This document shows positions 1 through 8,517 of a DNA stretch of 64,000 bases, piece after piece. Numbering within the stretch: the stretch's first letter is position 1; each line of letters opens with the position of its first letter. Origin of the DNA: an uncultured Saprospirales bacterium (GTDB lineage: Bacteria; Bacteroidota; Bacteroidia; Chitinophagales; CAJXBJ01); assembly GCA_913050195.1 (NCBI GenBank), contig CAJXBJ010000002.1:1818-65817 (forward strand), given 5' to 3'. The notes under the pieces are model-generated. The model was given only the letters and a program-made list of their open reading frames with translations, had not been told where the DNA came from and did no database searches. The translations under genes were made by a program, and so were the position numbers.

Positions 1-588
1 GGAGATCAGATGGTGGACTACTCTGCTGAAGATGGATTAGGAAGTGTTTTTGATGCTTATTTAAGCGCTTCTTATTCTGGACTACCAATGATTCATAGTG
101 ATGTAGGTGGGTATACTTCTGTAAAGAAACCTTTAATTAAAAACTATCTTAGAACAGAGCTGTTATTAAAAGACTGGATGCTTCTTGAGGCTTTCACACC
201 TGTATTCAGGACTCATGAAGGATTACTTCCAGAAGATAACATTCAAGTTTATTCAGATTCTGCAACAATAAATAGCTTTAAAAGGTTTTCTGATATCAAT
301 CATACTCTACTACCCTATTTTCAAAAGCTTATTCAAGAAAGGAATGAAAAAGGAATTCCAATAATTAGGCAAATAAACCATGCTGTTAAGGATTTTGAAA
401 CAACTAATCCCGGATTTTGTGTAGGTAATAACATCATAATTATTCAGCAAATAGAAATGGACAACTATATGTCACTTAAAAAGTTAGGCTGGAAATTTGT
501 CAATAACAGCGGCAGCCTAATTAATCAGCCAAATAAAAATGACAAAGTAGTGGTCGCTATTAAAGAACTTGATGAACTAATTAAGTGA
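1..588 (+). CDS. Glycoside hydrolase family 31 enzyme, C-terminal part (5' end outside the window)
   Basis: Frame 1 is open from nt 1 to the TGA at 586-588. 'LPMIHSDVGGYTSV' resembles the GH31 catalytic acid/base block (HSD[IV]GGY type). Confidence 0.55.
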   Translation, partial: GDQMVDYSAEDGLGSVFDAYLSASYSGLPMIHSDVGGYTSVKKPLIKNYLRTELLLKDWMLLEAFTPVFRTHEGLLPEDNIQVYSDSATINSFKRFSDINHTLLPYFQKLIQERNEKGIPIIRQINHAVKDFETTNPGFCVGNNIIIIQQIEMDNYMSLKKLGWKFVNNSGSLINQPNKNDKVVVAIKELDELIK

Positions 589-626
589 AGTGATTTAACT
601 CTTATTGGTCTTTAATCAATGACTGT

Positions 627-2522
627 TCATTTAACTAAAGTTACATTGCCGATTAAATACTTTTCTTCATCGTCGTAAAAGATGGTTTTTAGGTGCGCTA
701 TAAAAACGGAACCATTAAGGCTCTTATCTTTAAATGTTCCGTCCCAACCAAGGTTAATATCTGTGGTCTCAAACACAAGCTGACCATATCTATTATAAAT
801 CTTTAACTCTATTGAGCTTATTCCACTTCCCCTAACATGAAGCACATCATTAAATCCATCATTATTAGGAGAAAAAGCTGAGGGGAGATAAACTGTTTTG
901 TCTCCACACTCTTCTTCTAAAATTTTTATTTGCTTGCTACTCGTACAACCTACACTGTCCGTGATTGTAATGCTATAATCACCTAAGGCGTTTGCCGTAT
1001 AGCTCGGACCGGTTGAACCATCGTTCCACAAGTATGTAGCTCCTAGAGTTGTTACATCCATAGTAACATCATTACCTATACATAAATACAATGTATCCTC
1101 TAAGTCTATTTCAGGCGACGGCAAAACTTCGATAGTTGTAGCATGTGTTTTAACATTCCCGTGAAGGTTCCCTTGCATTGTAACTGTATATGTACCAGGG
1201 GCTGAAAAAAGGTGCTTCACACTGCTTCCATTTCCAATATTATCCGAACCTGAATTGGGGTCTCCAAAATCCCAGCTTACTTGAGTAGCATCACTATTTG
1301 AACAGTTAAATATGACAGAGTCTCCTATACATAAGCTATCATAGTTAAAAGATATATTACCAAAATGAGTCACGATTAATGGAGGGAATCCCATATTTAC
1401 ATTTTTACCATCAAGAAACAATTGATCTAAAACAAAATTACATTTTGAGCCTGATGAATCTGGGTCATTTATGACACTAACGTAAGGATATCCTCCAAAA
1501 GGTACGGTGGTACCATTCCTAGTTGAATAAATTTTATTGTCTGGGCCCAGTTGAAGACCTATTTGTATGAGTGAACCAACATTAGGCATAGTAGTTATTA
1601 GCACCTCTGAAGCCATTATATTACTAGCGTTCAAATCATATTGATGAATGTATCCTGATGACAAAGATGTCGTTACATATAAATAGCGTCCTGATGGAGA
1701 AAATTCACAGCCATAAGGTCCATTACCTTGATAATTATTCTGCACTGTAACTGGATTGCTAACTATACCAGTTGTATTATCAAAGGATAAAAGCTCTGTT
1801 TCATTATATTGATAATGTACAGCCGCTAATTTAGAGCCATCTGGTGATATTTTCATATAACCCATATAATGACTTATCTGACTTGCATTACCACCAATAA
1901 ATGCTCCAGCATTGGAAGTTACTGGTGTAGGATTAATTCCATTTTGAGTTATTAAATAAGCATAGTAAGCATCACTATTCCAGCCATGTACTACAACCCA
2001 AATATCGGTCCCATTACTATGCATTGTCGCTACGAGCTTTTCACACGTAGGAGTAAGTAAGCTAATGTTTTTATTGTTTGTAACCGCACCATCTCCTCCT
2101 GAGAGACTCATATCCACTTCTGAATAACTTAGACCATTTGGTCCAAAGTTATTAGCTGGATCTACTGTAAAAATATAATATAGACTATCTGATGCAGGCT
2201 TTGGAACTATAATGGCAGACTGAGTACTTGAAATATGTCCCTGCAAACCATTTCCATTGGTCATTGGTGCATGGTTTTTATTCCAAACGTCAAGTCCATC
2301 TGTGTAAAACAGAAGGTTTCCATTATTATCCGCTATACTAGCACATCCCTCAAATTGATTCATGACGCCATCAGTGAGAGGTACTGGACTACCGCTATTA
2401 AAATCCAGTCCTGCCTCCACTCCAAAATACCATATATTAGATTCTTTTTGCGCGTAGATTAGTTGGCTCACTAGTAATAAAAAGAAAATTACACAGCTAT
2501 ATTTCTGAAAAGACCTAAGCAT
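627..2522 (-). CDS. Secreted PKD-domain protein with T9SS type-B (gliding-motility-associated, CHU_C) C-terminal domain
   Basis: N-terminal signal peptide (…LLLVSQLIYAQ). PKD motif 'WDFGDPNSG…GTYTVT'. C-terminal 'YLPSAFSPNNDGFNDVLHVRG…IYNRYGQLVF…WDG' is typical of the type-B CTD. Confidence 0.8.
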   Translation of the reverse strand: MLRSFQKYSCVIFFLLLVSQLIYAQKESNIWYFGVEAGLDFNSGSPVPLTDGVMNQFEGCASIADNNGNLLFYTDGLDVWNKNHAPMTNGNGLQGHISSTQSAIIVPKPASDSLYYIFTVDPANNFGPNGLSYSEVDMSLSGGDGAVTNNKNISLLTPTCEKLVATMHSNGTDIWVVVHGWNSDAYYAYLITQNGINPTPVTSNAGAFIGGNASQISHYMGYMKISPDGSKLAAVHYQYNETELLSFDNTTGIVSNPVTVQNNYQGNGPYGCEFSPSGRYLYVTTSLSSGYIHQYDLNASNIMASEVLITTMPNVGSLIQIGLQLGPDNKIYSTRNGTTVPFGGYPYVSVINDPDSSGSKCNFVLDQLFLDGKNVNMGFPPLIVTHFGNISFNYDSLCIGDSVIFNCSNSDATQVSWDFGDPNSGSDNIGNGSSVKHLFSAPGTYTVTMQGNLHGNVKTHATTIEVLPSPEIDLEDTLYLCIGNDVTMDVTTLGATYLWNDGSTGPSYTANALGDYSITITDSVGCTSSKQIKILEEECGDKTVYLPSAFSPNNDGFNDVLHVRGSGISSIELKIYNRYGQLVFETTDINLGWDGTFKDKSLNGSVFIAHLKTIFYDDEEKYLIGNVTLVK

Positions 2523-2631
2523 CTTAAAAACCTAAGTTACATTAAATGGCACACTTTATAATAGCGAGCTTCAATTTAAAGTGAGATCATATGTTATAAG
2601 TTAAAAACATAATGAGTAACAACAATAATAC

Positions 2632-2665
2632 ATTTATTTAACGCAACTAGTTGCGTTAAATAAAT
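2632..2665. promoter_or_regulatory. Perfect 34-bp palindrome (17+17), candidate operator in a divergent promoter region
   Basis: ATTTATTTAACGCAACT|AGTTGCGTTAAATAAAT read directly. It lies between two divergently transcribed genes, so it is not a terminator. It ends 6 nt upstream of a TAnnTTTG box. Confidence 0.5.
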
Positions 2666-2670
2666 CTTCG

Positions 2671-2678
2671 TATTTTTG
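2671..2678 (+). promoter_or_regulatory. Candidate Bacteroidota sigma-A -7 box (TAnnTTTG)
   Basis: TATTTTTG sits 24 nt upstream of the GTG at 2702. A TTG within the palindrome lies at about -33 spacing. Confidence 0.4.
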
Positions 2679-2701
2679 CGACACTAAAAATTAAGATAAG
2701 A

Positions 2702-2878
2702 GTGGAACAAGAATATACATTCAACGATTTTCAAAATCCAAAAGAGGAACCATGTTGTCAAAATTCAAGTTGCTGTGGCCCTCAAAGTCCTTATATTCGA
2801 TCAAATCCTAAAGTGGGAAGAAACAATCCCTGCCCTTGTGGTAGTGGGCAAAAATTCAAAAAATGCTGTGGTAAATAA
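2702..2878 (+). CDS. Small Cys-rich SEC-C motif protein (58 aa, GTG start; below the ORF-track length cutoff)
   Basis: My own translation: [58 protein letters not shown]. The C-terminal '[16 protein letters not shown]' is the SecA-type SEC-C zinc motif. An in-frame stop lies at 2657-2659 and GTG is the first canonical start. The ORF ends 10 nt before folE. Confidence 0.55.
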   Translation: MEQEYTFNDFQNPKEEPCCQNSSCCGPQSPYIRSNPKVGRNNPCPCGSGQKFKKCCGK

Positions 2879-2888
2879 GATTTGAATT

Positions 2889-3554
2889 ATGAACAAAGAA
2901 CAAATAGAAATTATTGGGGATAACCACATTTCAACCAATATTGAAACACCATTGCATCCTGAAGCATTTGAGAAATCTGATGCTGAAAAAATACATAACA
3001 TAAAGAAGTATTTCGCTAAAATAATGGAGGAGCTAGGCCTCGATTTATCAGATGACAGTTTATCAGGCACGCCTTATCGCTTTGCAAAGATGTATGTTAA
3101 AGAACTTTTTTATGGGCTTAACCCAGAGAATAAACCAAAACTTTCAACATTTGAAAATAAATATGGCTACCAAAAAATGTTGGTTGAGCAGAATATTAAT
3201 ATTGATTCATCTTGCGAGCATCATTTTCTCCCAATAGTTGGTCACGCGCACATTGCCTATATACCCAAAGATAAGGTAATAGGTCTATCAAAGATTAACC
3301 GTATTGTAGACTACTATTCGCACAGACCGCAAGTACAAGAAAGGTTATGCTTACAAATTCTAAAGGAGCTTCAAGATACGCTTGAAACAAAAGATGTTAT
3401 AGTTGTTATTAATGCAAAACACTTATGCGTTTCATCTAGAGGCATAAAGGATAAGAACAGCTTTACTTCGACAATTGAATATGGTGGGTGCTTCAATGAT
3501 ATTGAGAAGAGAAATGAATTCTGGAATAGCATTGGTGGTCAAATAGAAAATTGA
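2889..3554 (+). CDS. folE: GTP cyclohydrolase I (type IA)
   Basis: 'SSCEHHFLPIVGHAHIAYIP', 'GLSKINRIVDYYSHRPQVQERL' and 'HLCVSSRG' are canonical FolE blocks. Confidence 0.95.
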   Translation: MNKEQIEIIGDNHISTNIETPLHPEAFEKSDAEKIHNIKKYFAKIMEELGLDLSDDSLSGTPYRFAKMYVKELFYGLNPENKPKLSTFENKYGYQKMLVEQNINIDSSCEHHFLPIVGHAHIAYIPKDKVIGLSKINRIVDYYSHRPQVQERLCLQILKELQDTLETKDVIVVINAKHLCVSSRGIKDKNSFTSTIEYGGCFNDIEKRNEFWNSIGGQIEN

Positions 3555-3625
3555 TTTCTCCAAACAGAATTATGCAATTGAAATAATCGTAAAAATTTGT
3601 ACTTGCAAAATATAAAGATGATTAT

Positions 3626-6073
3626 CTAAACCCGAATTCCCATAATGCAAATATCATCAACCTGCTCTTCATTTCCCATCCAACTGTGTAGGTGATTTTT
3701 CAGTATTTCATATTGATTTTCCATAGGTTTGCCACTTATATTCGTAATCATTTTTTTAAAAGGACCAATTTTTAATTTACGGCCTTTTTCACCTCCAAAC
3801 TGATCATAATAGCCATCACTAAAAAGATAGATACAATCGCCACTTTGAAGTTGCATATGATTTGTCTTGAATGGAACTCTAATTGATTCAATATAATGTC
3901 CTACTGGTTGTCTATCTGCTGATAAAATCTTTAGCTCCCCATTACGAATAACATATACTTCATTCATAGCTCCAGCCATCTGAAGTTCCTTGGTTTTAAG
4001 ATTAAGCTGACAAAGAGATATATCCATGCCATCATTAACCTGTACCTCATGATTATTATCATGCACTGTTTCTTGAACATATTTATTTAGATAATCTAAT
4101 ATATGTCCAGGTCTTCTCATACCAGCTTCTATTGCCTGTTTTAGAGCATTGTTTCCTAACATACTCATAAATGCACCTGGCACACCATGGCCTGTACAAT
4201 CTGCCACAGCAAACCATAGCTTATCCCCCTTTTGTTGAAACCAAAAGAAATCACCACTAACAATGTGTTTTGGTCTAAATAATATAAATGCCTCTTTAAG
4301 TTTTTCTTTAATCATTTTTTCTCTAGGAAGAATAGCACTTTGAATTCTATTTGCATAGACAATTGAATCTACAACTTCCTTGTTTTTATTCTCTAGCTTT
4401 TTATAAGCATTTATCACTTTAACTTTCTGCCTTTCTACCACTCCACTTTGATACTCAATTATCTTATTCTGCTTTTTTATTTGAGATAATCTTTTAAAAA
4501 CAAAAAAGCTAAAAATGATAACTAACAAACTAAATAATACAGCAGAAAGAAGTATAATATTTTTTCTATTATTTGCTTCAAGAACTAGCTCATCTTTTTT
4601 TAGTTGTTCAAGCTTAGCTAGCTCTTCCTTCTTCTCAAATTGAAATTGATAATCCTGTCTTTGAACTTCAAAATCAAATTCTTTCCTTTTTATACTATCT
4701 TTTAATTCTGAGTAATTCTCAAACATCTCTAATGACTTCTTATAGTTACCGGCTTCTTTATGAACCATATATAAAAAGTCATAATCTCTTTCCATGTCTT
4801 CAACATAACCTATTGAATTCGAAATTTCTAGAGCTTTTTGTCCAATAATAATGGCATTTTTATATTGGCCTAATCTGTAATAAATATGTCCGATATTATG
4901 ATTATTAAGAGATATAGATGATAAATCATTAACCTCTTTTGAAAGAGTCTTACTTCTAGAATAATATTTCATAGCTTGATTATAATATCTTTGAGCCAAT
5001 TCCATATCAATATTTAACAAGGAATCTGCAAGATCTTGTTTCATAGCACCTAAATTGTTCAGCACCATTGAAACACCTCTTTTATCATCTATTTCTTCAA
5101 ATATTGCCAATGCTTTGATATGATATTCAATAGACTTTTTTTCTTTGTTCTTCTTTTTGTAACACAGCCCAATACTATTAAGCGTATTTGCTATACTTTT
5201 TCTTTTTTTCAAAGATTTAGCTATATCTAAACATTTTTGATAATTCTCAATCGCTTTATCAATATTTCCCTGAAGAAGATGTATATGCCCAATATTATTT
5301 AAACAAGTGGCCGTCTCATTTTTCATACCCTGTTCAATATTTAACTCCATACTCATATTGTAGTATTTAATCGCTTCCAAATAATCCCCTTTAATTTTAT
5401 TCAGAACACCTATATTATTTAATGTATTTGAGGCAAAATCTTTGTCATTATTCTCTTGAGATATTTTTAAACTCTTTTTGAAGTGATCAATCGCATTTTC
5501 AAAATCATTTTGATAATAATAAACAAGACCAATATTGTTAAGTGAACCTGCTATGCCTTTTGTATCATTAATCAATCTTCTTAACTCAATGCTATTATAT
5601 AGATTAACGATAGCCTTCTCAAAATCATTAATCTCTATATAGCTTAAACCAATAATATTAAATGTTTCAGAGCGAAGCTTTTCAAAACCTTGATTATCCG
5701 AATATTTAAGTCCCTTGCTACATGTATATATTGCTTTATCAATTTTCCCTAAATCCATATATTTTTTTGCAACATTATTATGCAAGCGAATAATATTAGA
5801 GACAAATATCTTACTGTCCTTTTTAGAGATATTGCTCCTCAATTGACGACTACATACAGAGTCTATCTTATCTGCGAATTCAAAGTATATTTTATCATTA
5901 TTTGTTTTTGTAAGAGCTAGGACATCAAAATAATTTCTAACAGCCACAGAGTCATGTTTAGCTAATTCAATTTTATTCAGAATAGAATCAACTTTTAATA
6001 GATATCTGGATTCATATTGAGCATCTATATTAAATGACAATAATGCAAAAAATATTGAAAGAATAAATTTCAT
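3626..6073 (-). CDS. TPR-repeat, single-pass membrane, PP2C/SpoIIE-family serine phosphatase
   Basis: Signal peptide, many TPR-like units (…NNIGxxY…Ax.xY.ksL…), a coiled coil, and a TM helix 'IILLSAVLFSLLVIIFSFFVF'. The C-terminal SpoIIE block reads 'GDFFWF…AVADCTGHGVPGAFMSM…SDGYYDQFGG'. Confidence 0.85.
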   Translation of the reverse strand: MKFILSIFFALLSFNIDAQYESRYLLKVDSILNKIELAKHDSVAVRNYFDVLALTKTNNDKIYFEFADKIDSVCSRQLRSNISKKDSKIFVSNIIRLHNNVAKKYMDLGKIDKAIYTCSKGLKYSDNQGFEKLRSETFNIIGLSYIEINDFEKAIVNLYNSIELRRLINDTKGIAGSLNNIGLVYYYQNDFENAIDHFKKSLKISQENNDKDFASNTLNNIGVLNKIKGDYLEAIKYYNMSMELNIEQGMKNETATCLNNIGHIHLLQGNIDKAIENYQKCLDIAKSLKKRKSIANTLNSIGLCYKKKNKEKKSIEYHIKALAIFEEIDDKRGVSMVLNNLGAMKQDLADSLLNIDMELAQRYYNQAMKYYSRSKTLSKEVNDLSSISLNNHNIGHIYYRLGQYKNAIIIGQKALEISNSIGYVEDMERDYDFLYMVHKEAGNYKKSLEMFENYSELKDSIKRKEFDFEVQRQDYQFQFEKKEELAKLEQLKKDELVLEANNRKNIILLSAVLFSLLVIIFSFFVFKRLSQIKKQNKIIEYQSGVVERQKVKVINAYKKLENKNKEVVDSIVYANRIQSAILPREKMIKEKLKEAFILFRPKHIVSGDFFWFQQKGDKLWFAVADCTGHGVPGAFMSMLGNNALKQAIEAGMRRPGHILDYLNKYVQETVHDNNHEVQVNDGMDISLCQLNLKTKELQMAGAMNEVYVIRNGELKILSADRQPVGHYIESIRVPFKTNHMQLQSGDCIYLFSDGYYDQFGGEKGRKLKIGPFKKMITNISGKPMENQYEILKNHLHSWMGNEEQVDDICIMGIRV

Positions 6074-6273
6074 AGTAAAGGCACGATTTTGAGGACAAAG
6101 CTAGCCTTTATTTATACACCTCCTATCATCTCTTTAAGGTATACTTATAAATATAAGTATGGTATTAAAAATTACTAATTTCCTATCTTAAATAATATGA
6201 TATAAATTAATTAGATTTTGCTGATGATAGTTTAACTTTGTCTCACAATAAGATAAACTAAACCTAATACAAT

Positions 6274-6615
6274 ATGAAAGCCTATATCGCTAGTTTAATA
6301 AATGCTGCCGCCTTAATTACTTTATCACTTTGGGGATATTTTTCATCTGAAACCCCTTCACTTACCGCTTTGATTCCAACAGGTATTGGAATAGTGATAT
6401 TAATTTTAAATAAAGGCGTTAAAAATGAAAATAAAGTTATCGCCCACATTGTTGTTACACTTACATTAGTTGTACTAATTGGGCTCATTAAACCTCTTTT
6501 GGGTGCTTTAGATAGAAATGATACCCTAGCTATAATTCGTGTCACTACAATGATATTAACAACTGTAATGGCAATGGTATTTTTTGTCAAGAGCTTTATA
6601 GATGCTCGAAAATAA
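6274..6615 (+). CDS. Small integral membrane protein (about 4 TM), function unknown
   Basis: Four hydrophobic segments. A hairpin terminator follows immediately. The antisense ORF looks like a shadow. Confidence 0.5.
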   Translation: MKAYIASLINAAALITLSLWGYFSSETPSLTALIPTGIGIVILILNKGVKNENKVIAHIVVTLTLVVLIGLIKPLLGALDRNDTLAIIRVTTMILTTVMAMVFFVKSFIDARK

Positions 6616-6619
6616 AAAT

Positions 6620-6650
6620 AATGGGATTGAAATATTCAATCCCATTATTT
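6620..6650. terminator. Bidirectional rho-independent terminator between convergent genes
   Basis: AATGGGATTGA (6620-6630) pairs with TCAATCCCATT (6636-6646) around a 5-nt loop, with T-rich runs on both strands. A second hairpin, TTAGCCTTA/TAAGGCTAA, lies at 6679-6703. Confidence 0.6.
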
Positions 6651-6748
6651 TACGTAGTAGAAACGAAGGTCGACAATCTTAGCCTTATCTACGCTAAGGC
6701 TAATACGAAGAGAACTAAACTAATTTGAAAATTAAGCTGTGAAGCATT

Positions 6749-8515
6749 CTAAGCCTCACAACTCGTACATTCCTTATTCTGCTTAAATTTCTGTGCAGCA
6801 TTCATACTATGCTGATAGTACACAGACTTAAGACCTAATTTCCAAGCATTAATATAAATTTTATTAATGTCCTTGACTGGCATATCAGGGTGAATAATAA
6901 CATTTACTGATTGGCCTTGATCAATATAATTTTGTCGATTAGCGGCCTGATAGATAATGTCCATTTGATCTATTTCACAGTATGTTTTAAAGACATCTTT
7001 TTCTTCTTCAGTAAGAAAATCAAGGTGTTGTACAGAGCCATCTCTATCTCTAATACTCCTCCACACTTCTTGTGTGTTTTGCCCCTTCTCCTCAAGAAGA
7101 TCTAATAAGAATGGATTCCTTATTGTCGTTTTAACTTTGGCAATATCTTTAACATATATATTAGACCAAATTGGCTCAATTCCTTGTGAAACTTGGCCTA
7201 AAATAAAGGCGGAAGAAGTCGTCGGTGCAATCGCATTCAACGTTGTGTTTCGCCTTCCATATCCTTTTAGAACCTCTGGCTCTCCAAATTTGCTAGCCAA
7301 CTCTTCAGATGCCTTGTAAGACTTCTTTTGAATTAGTTTGAACACTTCATTATTCAGATTAAATGCCTCTTGACTATTAAATGCTAACATTTTAGATTGC
7401 AAAAGTGAGTGCCAACCAAGTACTCCAAGACCTAATGCTCGATTCTCTTTTGCAAAATTATATGCACGTTCCATGAACAAAAAGGTTTCCCTATCATCTC
7501 TGTATAAGGAATTTTTGTACACATCTAGTTTTTGAATAAACTCTGTAATAACAGCATCTAAGAAGTAAACCATCGTTTCAACAGCATCTGTATCCTTCCA
7601 CTTATCATAATGCAAAACATTTAATGATGAAAGCACACACACAAATGACCAAGAGTCATTAGAAGGCAACATAATCTCGGTACATAGATTACTGGCATTT
7701 ATCTTAAGATCTTTGTCTTTATAAACATCAACTTTTCCCTTATTAGCTGAATCAGTAAAGAAAATATAAGGGTAACCTATTTCTCCTCTTCTTTGAAGAA
7801 CCTTAGCCCAGATATTTCTTTTCTCTGTATCTCCACCAACCATTTCTTCCATCCACTGATCCGTTACTGTCACACCATGCGTTAGTTCTTGGATTGGATT
7901 TCCTTCAGTACCTATGTCCAAAAACTCTGAAATATCTTCATGTTCAACTGGGAGATAAGGAGAGAAACGACCTCTTCGCACAGAGCCTTGGCTTACAACA
8001 TCCACCATAGTTTCGAAAAGCTGCATGATATGAACAGAGCCTGATGCCTCACCATTATCCTTAACCTTCGCTCCTCTGTGTCGAATATTACCGAAATAGC
8101 CAGAGGTGCCTCCACCCAATTTGGACATCATACCTACTTCTGATTGAGTATATAATATATTACCCATATCGTCAGATACATTTGATCCAAAGCAGCTAAT
8201 AGGAAGACCTCTACCTTTTCCAAAATTTGACCACACTGGTGAAGCTAATGAGTAAAACCCTTGCGACATATAATTGTAAAACTTATCAGCATAGCCCTCT
8301 ATTCCAAGAATAGCCTCAGCTCTATCTGCAATTTCCCTAACTCTCTGCTCAGGCGCTAAACCAGGCGCTAAATATCCCGCAGCTAAAAAATTTCTGCTAT
8401 GATCATTCAGCCACTCAAAAGGTTTATTAGGCTTAGTTGATGATACGTCTCCACTCAATGTTTCTTTAGCTATGGTGCTAAAGTTCTTTTCTTTATTTGT
8501 CGTTTTATTACTCAT
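6749..8515 (-). CDS. nrdA: Ribonucleoside-diphosphate reductase alpha subunit, short form without an ATP-cone
   Basis: Active-site 'ASNLCTEIMLP', C-terminal redox pair 'ECTSCEA', 588 aa. The N-terminus shows no 'KRDG..E.F' cone. Confidence 0.9.
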   Translation of the reverse strand: MSNKTTNKEKNFSTIAKETLSGDVSSTKPNKPFEWLNDHSRNFLAAGYLAPGLAPEQRVREIADRAEAILGIEGYADKFYNYMSQGFYSLASPVWSNFGKGRGLPISCFGSNVSDDMGNILYTQSEVGMMSKLGGGTSGYFGNIRHRGAKVKDNGEASGSVHIMQLFETMVDVVSQGSVRRGRFSPYLPVEHEDISEFLDIGTEGNPIQELTHGVTVTDQWMEEMVGGDTEKRNIWAKVLQRRGEIGYPYIFFTDSANKGKVDVYKDKDLKINASNLCTEIMLPSNDSWSFVCVLSSLNVLHYDKWKDTDAVETMVYFLDAVITEFIQKLDVYKNSLYRDDRETFLFMERAYNFAKENRALGLGVLGWHSLLQSKMLAFNSQEAFNLNNEVFKLIQKKSYKASEELASKFGEPEVLKGYGRRNTTLNAIAPTTSSAFILGQVSQGIEPIWSNIYVKDIAKVKTTIRNPFLLDLLEEKGQNTQEVWRSIRDRDGSVQHLDFLTEEEKDVFKTYCEIDQMDIIYQAANRQNYIDQGQSVNVIIHPDMPVKDINKIYINAWKLGLKSVYYQHSMNAAQKFKQNKECTSCEA

Positions 8516-8517
8516 AT

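Noticed and set aside
1-588. The possibility that the GH31 fragment is a sulfoquinovosidase (the HSDVGGY block resembles YihQ), which would tie in with sulfonate or sulfolipid metabolism.
   Set aside because: Only the C-terminal about 195 residues are in the window. The specificity-determining residues of sulfoquinovosidases lie upstream and cannot be inspected.
2801-3070. An 89-aa minus-strand ORF spanning the SEC-C ORF/folE junction. The same applies to other internal ORFs such as 2235-2462, 3052-3237, 38470-38652 and 39507-39704.
   Set aside because: They overlap genes with strong family signatures and have no motifs of their own. They are typical AT-rich-genome shadow ORFs.
6282-6590. 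A 102-aa minus-strand ORF fully overlapping the 113-aa plus-strand membrane protein.
   Set aside because: The plus-strand product has four clean TM segments and is followed by a terminator hairpin. The minus product has no coherent features. Strand choice remains only moderately certain.
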